A stretch of 62,202 nt of DNA, filler included, from Ionaspis alba (taxonomy: Eukaryota), in assembly GCA_964255285.1 (NCBI GenBank). It is 2 parts of 2 records of this genome, joined end to end, with 100 filler letters (N's around TTAATTAATTAA, not from the genome) between each part and the next. Parts side by side here need not be neighbours in the genome. Positions count along the whole stretch, not along the records: positions 31,157 to 62,202 come from CAXUUL010000113.1; 1 more part is not named here. One strand, given 5' to 3'. Each line of letters begins with the position of its first letter. The first letter of the stretch is position 1. The notes under the pieces were generated by a model. It worked only from the letters and a program-made list of their open reading frames with translations, was not told where the DNA came from and made no database searches. The position numbers and the translations under genes are program-made. Of the stretch, positions 52,376 to 62,202 are shown piece by piece.

Positions 52376-54433
52376 TCAATCCCTCAAAGCCTCTATATCC
52401 ACAATCTGTGCTCGAGATCAGCTCACTTCTCGGCCCACATTTGTGAAAGACCACTTACCTCCTTCACAGCCTCCGTGGTCAACACCAACGGATGCTCCGC
52501 CTGCACCGCAATACTATCTTCAATCCTAATCCCCAGCCCTCTGAAATGCTTTGGCCAGCGGTCCCCGTCGGGAACGTAGACTCCACTTGTGAGACAAAAG
52601 ATCAGCTCGTCGTATTGTAGAGTCACCGAAGTGAACAGAAAAGAAATGACCTACGGTTCAATAGTGACGCACTGCCCAGCTTTCAAAACCTCCTTTCGAG
52701 AATACCCCGGCGTATCGTGCACATCAAGACCAATATAATGACCCAAATGGTGCGGGAAGAGCGTTTCAAGCGCCTGAACTTCCCCATCAGCTCTCCAATA
52801 CTTGCCGAACCAACCCTGCAAAAGACCATCGGTAGTTCACCTTTCCAGACATATCAAACCCCAAGCCCACCAAATTATCCTTTAGCCCCTTTTCAGCAAT
52901 CTCGTGCATCTTATCGAGGGAGAGATTGGCGCTGGCACGGCACAATGAGACGCAGGTGCGTTGGACGGAGAGGATCGCGTTGTAGAGGTCGGCATTGGGT
53001 TGAGTGAATTTGGGGTTGACGGGGAAGGTGCGCGTGATGTCGGTTATGTAGCTGCCGTATTCCTTGTAGCGAATTAGATAAAGTGAGACGATAGAGAGGA
53101 GGTGGGGGTGTACTCCGCCGGCGTCTACGAGGACGAGGCTACCGTCCCTAGGGGAGGTTAGTGGAAGACATTCGAAGGTGAGGAGAGGAGAACTGACTTG
53201 AGGACGTCGTCGTTGCGGACATAGTGAATGCTATGTGCGTTCTAGAATTATGAGTACAACATCTAGGTGAGAGGGGAGAGTTCTGGCACACTTTTCCACC
53301 CGCGATAACAGGCACATAGGCTGAAGTATCACATCCTTGAGCTTTGAATCTGTATTCGAGAAACGCGCCCAGGTCCTTCTCCCTTGTCCAAGATTGTCGC
53401 ATTGCCTCAGTAAAAGCTCTGCCAGATGCTTGGCCAGCTCTTCGCATGTTCTTGACTTCGGCATCGCTCTTGAAGGCCCGGATGTCATTGATGAGTGGTT
53501 TCAGCGGTTCGACTTTGCTCGAACCGAGTATTTGCGCAAAGCCTTCGGACTTCGAGGTCGGGCTTGAGAAGAAGCGGGAGAAGACGGTGGAGGGTGTGGG
53601 TTTGAGGGGGATGTCGGTGTAGACTGTTGAGGCCGAGGACACGAGGGGTGTGAGAAGGGCTTTGAGTTGGTTTATGTCACCGGTCTTGTTGTAGTTAGGC
53701 ACAGTGGTTGAAAGAGAGGGAATTGTAGTCTAGCTCGTACTTCGTCCGCGTTGAAGACATCTATAGCAGCTTCCAATCCTGATCTTGCTCCATCCCACAG
53801 TTCTGCTTTCGGATCTTTTGGTCGGAGGAAAAGGTGGAAGATATGGTCGCCCTCGTCTGCGGACTTCTCTATTTATCATGAGTTCTTGGTCACACTTCTT
53901 GCGGCCTCCACAATATACCTATAACCGCCAGAGCTTCCGGTTCATTGAATCCTACTGCCGTATCAACAGGGCTCGTTTATAAGTGCATTCTCTGATGCCT
54001 TACCCGTCAAGTAGAAGAAGTTGGAATCTTGGTGGAACTCGTAAAACACCGCGCCGGATCGGTACTTTATTTCTGAGGCGGCGAGTACTGCAACACCATT
54101 CTTGGGTAGCTTCGAGGCAAGCTTCGATCGCCGCTGAGCGTACTCGAGAGCGGTAATACCAGGTGTGACTGATGATATTTGAATTAGCGTTCTGCAAGAA
54201 GTTTTTTGACTAGATTTGGGCGTACGGTCGCCAGCCTTCAGCAGATGAGGATGCGTCTCATGCACTGGCTGGCCAAACCGAAGCTCTGCTGCGGATACGG
54301 TGCTGTTGAACCTCTTCGATCTGGAGGCTGCCCCTGCCTCAGATCGAGAAATTGTCACGATATCCCGCCGACTATAGCGACAAGTCCTGTGAGGTCTCGA
54401 AGAGATCCACAGACCGTTGAGGCATCTTTTCAT
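52376..54433 (-). CDS. ICP55: Mitochondrial intermediate cleaving peptidase 55 (M24B Xaa-Pro aminopeptidase)
   Basis: Presequence, FGQPVHETHPHLL, FHQDSNFFYLTG, LVDAGG, DITRT, FPHHLGHYIGLDVHD, VTIEP and GIRIEDS; ends IVDIEALRD*. Confidence 0.92.
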
Positions 54434-54579
54434 AGCTGCGCAATGGCTGTTGATAGGAGCTCGGCGTTAGAGATGCCTTCTCGCCAAACATTTCCGAACT
54501 CGACGTCATTTGGCACCAGCCTCCATAACGGCAGCCTCGAGCGCCACAGTCATGGTATTCAAGATGAAGATATCATTCG

Positions 54580-55694
54580 ATGCTGACAAGGCCAATTTTA
54601 AGGATATCTGCTATTTCATTCATTACTCGGATCGGCTTCCGCAAATATCGCGGCATGGCTTCAACAGCCAGTGCTCTATCGTCGGCGGCTGATCTGGAAT
54701 CTTTCAGAAAACATCTCGAGTCCTCTAATCGTATACTAGCCCTCTTAGGAGCTGGACTATCTGCATCTTCAGGTCTTCCAACATTTCGGGGCGCTGGGGG
54801 AATATGGAGGAACTACGATGCAACCATGCTTGCTACTCCCGAAGCTTTCGAGGCAGATCCAGTCCTAGTCTGGCAATTCTATAGCTACAGGAGGCATATG
54901 GCTCTACAGGCGGAGCCGAACAAGGCGCATTATGCACTTGCAGAGCTGGCAAAGAAGAAGCAGAACTTCTTGACTTTGAGTCAAAACGTTGATGGTATAT
55001 CCAAGCGAATATAGAACCAGCTGTTTAGAAAGGGCTAAGTTGTGGCTTAGGGCTCAGTCCGCGAGCCGGACACCCAGCGTCGAAGTTGCATCTTCTACAT
55101 GGATCACTCTTCGATGTCAGATGCACCAACTTCTACTGCAATTACTCCGAGCAGGACAACTTCACCGATCCAATTGTCCCTGCACTCGCTATACCCACAG
55201 CAGGACCACAACCTGAGCCAAACACTATGAGCATGAATGGGGCCGTGGCTGCAGATTCACTGTTTACTGCAATGGAGTACAACATGGGACACTCCAGAGA
55301 GCTGGACATCTCGGATGCGGGCATACCAATCCCCAACATCAAAGTCCAAGATCTTCCACGGTGTCCTAAGTGCAAGAACGGCCTCTTGAGGCCAGGAGTA
55401 GTCTGGTTCGGGGAGATGCTCCCGAGCGATACTCTTGCAGCCATAGACGACTTCGTCGACGAAGACGAACCCATTGACCTGATCATGGTCATCGGAACAA
55501 GTGCGAAGGTGTACCCAGCAGCCGGCTATGTTGATCTGGCAAGGCAAAAGGGAGCCAGAGTGGCAGTGGTCAATGTGGATCGTGCGGACACTCCCGGAGG
55601 CAGGAACGGGCTGGTTCAAGGGGATTGGTTCTTCCAGGGGGATGCGGGTGCTGTGGTTCCAGAAATGCTGAGGTCGGTGATTGGTGATCTTTGA
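54580..55694 (+). CDS. Class III sirtuin (SIRT5/CobB-like NAD-dependent deacylase)
   Basis: GAGLSASSGLPTFRG, WQFYSYRR (YxxR), QNVDG|L, LHGSL, Zn ribbon, RPGVVWFGE and GTSAKVYPAA; one intron. A second in-frame ATG lies at 54655. Confidence 0.92.
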
Positions 55695-55765
55695 TATGCA
55701 CATTGAAATTCATGCGAGGGGAGGGATGATGTTCACTATCTTCGGAACGATGGTAGACCAGTGTC

Positions 55766-56185
55766 CGGCAAGGATCGGGTCTAGACCTCAGAACGATATA
55801 TGCGTTCACATGTTCTTGAGGCGCCGGCGTAGGCACGAGGGATCCACGCGAGACTCAGTGGATCGGATCAGGGGCAGTCCAACCGGGAATATATTGATCC
55901 TAGGGGCTTCCCCGCCAAACGCCATGCCACGCGGTACGACCAGGTACATCACTGTTGTCCCATGCATTTGTGTTTCTCTGCCTTCCTGTCCACGATGACC
56001 GTTCTCTCCGGTGTAAAGCAATCCTCTCTGTCATGCATGCGGCGGATAGTCTCGCATGTCGTAGAAGCGTTACGACAAAGTGTTTGGCGCTGGAGCGGCA
56101 AAGTGATCCGCCAACCTTGGAGGGGGGAATGGCGGGGTAGCGAAGCCCGAAAACAATCCCTACAACATAAATTCACTTTCCCCGC
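55766..56185 (+). promoter_or_regulatory. PCK1 upstream region with a CGG-N7-CGG site (AcuK/AcuM, AOD2/AOD5 type) and CreA-type SYGGRG sites
   Basis: CGGcaaggatCGG at 55766-55778. SYGGRG or its reverse complement at 55910, 56090, 56132 and 56180. Confidence 0.5.
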
Positions 56186-56592
56186 GCGGAAGGAAGCCTT
56201 GGGCAGGGCGGAGCAGGCAAACGGCAGTCTGTCCCTTTCGACCTCAGCAGTATTATGTCATTCTTCCTTTCTTCCATACAACCCCATCTGAGGTCGTACA
56301 CTACTACAAGTACCCTGAACTGCTGCCGACTGTGCATGTTCCGGAATTATACGCATTGCAGGAAGAATCAAGCAATTCCTCAGACCCAGAAAGGCAGATC
56401 TAGGTGGTTACACAGCGCCTCAGCCCCCCTAAGTCGAGCTTGTTTCACAGCCTCGGGGTAAGTCGGGATCTCGGCCAGACTTCCTCCATCCCTCTCAGGT
56501 ACGGGACAAGGTCCGATACCGTCCGCAACCAGATCGTCGCTGAAATACCGAGGACTAAAGCACATGTCAGGCAATCAAAAGCATTCACAATA

Positions 56593-59134
56593 ATGTCCGC
56601 TCTCCCAGCCCCGAAACCCAATCCCGAACGAACTGCTTCTCCAGGTCCCCTCGCCAGCGATTTCGCAAGACAGCAGGTTCTCAAGCAGCAGAAGAATAAC
56701 TTCCATTCCTCGTCTCTCAAAACCATGAGTGTTAATCAGACTAATCTTCACCCTCATGGTGTCCAGTAAGTCATTGCTCACCTTTTTGTGCTTTTCACAT
56801 GGCAATTACGGTTCGTTTGACCGTCAGGCTGTTAACTAACCATTGGCTTTCTCCAGACCCTCGCGGGAACACACCGAACTGGAGGAGGAACTCCACGAAA
56901 TTGCCCACATCGACTACGACCGTGTCGCCATTGTTCGTGGCCCTTTTCTCCTTCGTCCGTCGACTTACAGAAACTGACATTGCGACAGATTGGCAATCCT
57001 TCCGTGGCAGCGCTATACGAAGATGCCCTGGTATACGAGACCGGTTCGGCCATCACATCGACAGGTGCATTGACAGCATACTCTGGCACTAAGACCGGTC
57101 GATCACCTCTGGACAAACGAATCGTGAAAGAGCCTGGTTCTGAGAAGGAAGTGTGGTGGGGACCCGTCAATAAACCAATGACGCCGGATGTCAGTACAGA
57201 TCCGAACGAGCACGCGAGCAATTTTTCTTTTCCACCTGATTGGTATCGATCGACGCCTTGGTGGTGGTTGTCATCGCTTAATCTTGGCGTAATCCAGCTC
57301 ACGCGTTGTTTTCCTCGCGTGTGCCGGGATTACTATCTCTTATCTGCCCTTGCCCTTAGCTCCCGCTTCGATCATCACGTGTGGCAGTTGAATTGCTGAC
57401 AATTATCGATTTACAGGTCTGGAAAATCAATAGAGAACGGGCTATTGATTACCTGAATACTCGCAACCGCATTTATGTCGTCGATGGATTCGCCGGCTGG
57501 GACGAGAAATACCGAATCAATGTCCGAGTCGTCTGCGCCAGGGCTTATCATGCACTTTTCATGCGAAACATGCTTATTCGACCATCGCGACAAGAATTGG
57601 AGCATTTCAAACCTGATTATACGATCTACAATGCAGGTTCTTTCCCAGCGAACAGGTTTACAACTGGTATGACCTCGGCAACCTCGGTGGCCATCAACTT
57701 TGCAGAAAAGGAGATGGTCATCCTAGGCACAGAATATGCTGGTGAGATGAAGAAAGGGATTTTCACGGTCCTGTTTTACGAAATGCCTGTCAAACATAAT
57801 GTTTTGACTCTGCACTCTTCAGCAAACGAGGGCAAGGATGGGGATGTGACTGTTTTCTTTGGATTGTCCGGCACGGGCAAGACGACTCTCTCGGCGGATC
57901 CCAAACGTGCTCTGATTGGTGATGATGAGCACTGCTGGAGCGAGAATGGTGTTTTCAACATTGAAGGAGGAGTAAGTTCAAAAAGTGCTCCACGTCGGAT
58001 TCCTCGACTAACGCATCATCAAAGTGCTACGCCAAATGTATAGGCCTTTCCGCCGAGAAAGAACCCGACATCTTCAACGCCATCAAATTCGGCTCCATTC
58101 TCGAAAACGTCGTCTTCAGCCCCGAAACCCGATTAGTTGACTACGAAGATTCAACCCTTACAGAAAACACCCGCTGGTAAAGTCTCTTCCCTTCCTCTAC
58201 CTCCCGAACATACTCACCAATCCCACAGCGCCTACCCCATCGAATACATCGACAACGCCAAAATCCCTTGCCTCTCCACCAACCACCCCAGCAACATCAT
58301 CCTCCTCACCTGCGATGCCCGCGGCGTGCTGCCACCAATCTCCAAGCTCAACAGCGCCCAGACCATGTTCCACTTCATCTCGGGCTACACCTCCAAGATG
58401 GCAGGGACCGAAGACGGTGTCACGGAGCCGCAGGCGACCTTTTCGTCGTGCTTTGCTCAACCCTTCCTGGCGCTGCATCCTATGAGATATGCGAAGATGC
58501 TGGCAGACAAGATCGAGCATCATAAGGCGAATGCTTGGCTGTTGAACACCGGATGGGTCGGGGCGGGAGCTACGACCGGTGGGAAACGTTGCCCGTAAGT
58601 TCTTCCTATTCCCTCCCTACCTACCCTACTCATCACTAAACCTCGTGGAAAGGCTGAAATACACCCGAGCCATCCTCGACGCCATCCACTCTGGCGAGCT
58701 CGCCAAAGCCAAATACGAGACCTACGAGACTTTCAATCTCAGCGTCCCGACTACTTGCTCGAACGTCCCGGATGAGTTACTCAATCNNNNNNNNNNNNNN
58801 NNNNNNNNNNNNNNNNNNNNNNNNNNNNNNNNNNNNNNNNNNNNNNNNNNNNNNNNNNNNNNNNNNNNNNNNNNNNNNNNNNNNNNCGTCCCGACTACTT
58901 GCTCGAACGTCCCGGATGAGTTACTCAATCCTGCCAAGTCGTGGACCGGCGATGCGGATTTCAAGGAGGAGGTCACGAAGTTGGGGGGCTTGTTTGTGGA
59001 GAATTTTAAGAAGTATGCGGATGAGGCGACGGAGGATGTGATTAAAGCTGGTGAGTTATGCTTCTTTGAGTTTGGAGGGAGGTGTTTGTGGGGGGTTGCG
59101 TGCTGACGGGTGTGGGATAGGGCCGGCTGTATAA
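56593..59134 (+). CDS. PCK1: Phosphoenolpyruvate carboxykinase (ATP)
   Basis: [58 protein letters not shown] and [13 protein letters not shown]; ends GPAV*. Contains an artefactual N gap. Confidence 0.97.
58743..58930. other. False scaffold gap: 100 N flanked by an identical 44-bp duplicate
   Basis: 58743-58786 equals 58887-58930. Collapsing the gap and one copy gives continuous PEPCK sequence [19 protein letters not shown]. Confidence 0.92.
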
Positions 59135-60188
59135 AAGCTTGATTGGTGACGGTGGCGGGTAGGGGGTTCGATTGGGTATTTGTTTGAGTATTGTGGAGAG
59201 GTGGGTGTGTGTGAAGATTGATATTGTTGGACGTCATGGCCAGCGGGGCTTGCTTACATTTTCCTTCTTGTGGAGTGAAGGGAAGACATGGAAGGCAGGG
59301 TGGGTGGATGTGTATGTTAGAGATGAATTAGTCTTAGCGAGGCTGCATGTATCATCTACCCAATTTGAGGTGTCACTACTCGAGAGATATGTGAAGGCTT
59401 ACCCGAAGATTACTTGCACTTACTGTGAAGATCGTCTTGGCAATAATGCCGGCATGTCAGCAAAGCTTTTCGCTTCGGAGGCGCAGGAACCTCGAGCCCT
59501 TGTAGATATTCCCCTTATCCATAAGCCACGGGGCTCACGTTAGCCGCGGTAGCTAAGCCTGGCGAGGCTGCCTATTCTCCGATCATTTCTACCACATACA
59601 TTTGAGTTCGCATTGTCAATTCAACGATATCTGTCCGATATCTTGTGATGACGCTGTCTGGTCGTTCGTCACTTTTCAATTTAGGAGACTCCTAGAGGCT
59701 GGGAGTCCAGAATGGTATCTCCATTTTCTGAGTTGCAGTGGCAATGATGCAAGACGAGATCGCCCGTGATTACTCCGACCCTGATCCCGTCCCCCATCAG
59801 CCGCAACAAGACTGTGATACGTTCATACGAGAAAAATGCCTGATTGGCCCCGTCATCGTCGCAATTTGATAATCTTCAGCCCGCCGCCGGCCCGAGAGAT
59901 CGCTTGGGCTGAGTCGCAGTGTAAGCATGGGATTGGCGTGGCACCTTTTCGCTGCGGGCACCGCACCTGTAGGCTGCCGTAATTTCATGCTCTGGGAGCG
60001 AAGGATTCGGGCTGAGGCGGCTTGTTGGCTTTGACTGTTGCAGTTTCTTGCTTGGAGGAGGAGGAAGAGGAGGCTGATGATTTTTCTGTGCTACTGTTCC
60101 GAATCCATGGCTCAATTGCGCCCAGAAAGTCTTTTCTCTGTCATGAACATGATGCTTGGTTTTGTCGTTCTTTCGTTTCGTTCTTCCT

Positions 60189-62202
60189 ATGGCTTTCTTC
60201 CTATTCTGGAAATTTATTCACCATGTCCTATTATGTATGCTTCTCTTTCCTTTCGATATAATTGCTCGTGATGCAGACTTCGAAGGGCTTCTCTCGCGGC
60301 CGCTGTCGGAGCCAGAGCCGGATTACATCCCGAAGAAAATCCACTTCGTATACGTGAAGTTGATGCCCTTGACATGGATGGAATATGCAGCAGTCAAAGC
60401 TTCACTTGCACTAACTCCTGAGAGCATCAACCTATGGATACCGCACGATCAAGGCGACCCGCCGGGTCCAATCTGGCAAAGCGTCCTCGCCATCAACGGT
60501 ACCGTCTTGCGGCGGATAGAAATGCCAGACAGTGTCTATGGAAACAGTGTGAAGGTCATCCAGCACGTTGCTGATGTTGTCAGGCTCATGGTGCTTCATG
60601 AGGAGGGAGGTACAGTCTGATATATGCTTACATGATTTTGTTCATCATTAATAATACATCCAAGGTATTTACTTGGACACAAATGCAATGGCATTACGCT
60701 CGTCAGATCCGGTCATATACAACTCATCCACAAAGGCAACAGTCATGGCATTGGAAGGCAGCTCTGGGATTTGCAACGCTGTCATCATGACAAAACCACG
60801 AGCGCCTTTCCTTCGCCGTTGGATGGAACATTATGCTGGATTCAGGGATAGCAACTGGTCAGGTTTATCCGTTATCAAGCCCTTCAAAATGTGGAAGGCA
60901 GGCGATCCCGACATCACTGTTCTTGATGATCATGCCTGGTTTTATCCTGTGTGGGATAATTACAATTATGGTCTTATGACTTTGTGGCTCGGCAAGAGCT
61001 GGTGGGACATCGAAAGAAATTACGGGGTGCACTTTTGGCCGTGGCAACGGGATCCTGGTCCACCATATCTCAGACTCAATCCCAGCGATACGAGATTAAT
61101 TGACACCCCTCTGTTCTGCAAGATTCGACACCTTTTCGATGATCTCGACGGAGATGGATACCAGTCTTTGGCCCCAGAGAAGAACGCCAATTGCTCGTTG
61201 ACGTGGATGAACAGTACTGCTCCCCATGCGAATGGTCTACTCTCGGACTACAGAATCGGCTCGGACGACGATAACCGCAAATGGGTGGATTCTTCTGGCA
61301 ATAACTTTCATGGCTGGGCCCCGAATGGTACTGTCCTTATTCACAGTGATACTGGAGATTCGCCTCCACGAATTACGAGGAATTTCACAACCGGTTCATA
61401 CGCCGTTCTACCTGTACCAGCGGATTGGGATGTTCGCACTGGAGCCATCTCAATGTCCTTCAGCTTTGACAACGCCAGCTGGGTCTCAAGAGATCCTAAA
61501 AAGTGGCAGCAAGTCGCGGTGGACTGGTGGCGTAATAGAGGCAAAGAGTGGCTTCTCTGGAAGATCCGCTTCGCCCAAGCTGGTGCGATGGACCTTAGTC
61601 TCGAACGGAGCCGTGGGAACTCCACAGAACCCATGCTACGACTGCGCTGGATCCCTGAAACTATGTTCCGAAACCATCTGACCGATAGTGAGAGTCTGGA
61701 CTGGCAAGTCTCAGATCCAAGGTGCCTATCCAACGATCCATTGTCTATAACAGACTCCAAACGTATTAGCTAACTCAATTATCCATAAACAGACTCCACG
61801 ACCTCACCGACTCATCCTTCCACAACCTAACCATCTCCTGGTCCCGAACCTACAACCCCTCCATAACAATAACTCTCGATAACCAAACCCTCGCCCACAC
61901 ACCTATCGCTTCCCTCCCATCCCCCAAAATCGCTCAAGAAATCTGGCTCAACGCCCGAGGTTGGAAGCGAGATTGGAAGGCTAATCCCGGCTTCCAAGGC
62001 CAGATAGCTGGCTTCCAGCTTTTCTCTCGACCTCTCTACGAGCCTGACGAGTCAGGCCAGCGGACTAAAGTGAAAGGCCCGCCATTCAGACTGCTGAGGG
62101 TGCTGCCTAGTGGGGATGTACAGAGAGTGGTGCTGTTGCTGGGGATGACGGTGACAATGGGAATGGTGTGGCGGTGTTGGAGGTGTTTGAGGGGGTGGGG
62201 GA
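60189..62202 (+). CDS. GT32-like (DxD sugar-binding) glycosyltransferase fused to a LamG/concanavalin-A-like domain; 3' end outside the window
   Basis: Hydrophobic N-terminus, IPKKIHFVY, HVADVVRLMVLHEEG|GIYLDTN, CNAVIMTKPRAPFLRRW and YGVHFW. Then WVDSSGNNFHG, FHNLTISW and GFQGQIAGFQLFSRPL, with a hydrophobic segment at the window edge. Confidence 0.8.

Noticed and set aside
58743..58930. Apparent internal tandem duplication in PEPCK
   Set aside because: An identical 44-bp sequence flanks exactly 100 N, which indicates an unmerged contig overlap rather than biology.

Overview
Gene-dense, intron-rich nuclear DNA of a filamentous ascomycete (Pezizomycotina). Introns are short GT-AG types with CTRAY branch points. 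The window holds about 25 protein-coding genes, mostly housekeeping: Grainyhead/CP2 TF, YIL108W-like metallopeptidase-jacalin, two MCT-family MFS permeases, SPF27, neutral ceramidase, PKA regulatory subunit, EFM5, YTP1-like, AIM24, ATM1, BYE1, ZNF830-like, WW-FF protein, PRE9, a small Cys-rich protein, DUF2011, Rsm1/C3HC, MET22, MRPL6, KAR5, ICP55, class III sirtuin, PCK1, and a partial GT32-LamG protein. The standout is a tRNA-Arg(UCU) gene (5480-5627) interrupted twice. It has a canonical 17-nt anticodon-loop intron and a 59-nt insertion in the D-loop that has the hallmarks of a spliceosomal mRNA-type intron (GTTAGA...CTGAT...CAG); precise GT-AG removal restores an intact cloverleaf. Other leads are a metallopeptidase lacking its HExxH zinc ligands, a possible mitochondrial PEPCK isoform made by upstream splicing, a long PCK1 intron with mutually exclusive pairings, and an N-terminally anchored MET22 isoform. 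Two 100-nt gaps are assembly artefacts. Gene names come from my recognition of protein motifs, not database searches, and exon boundaries were read by eye.
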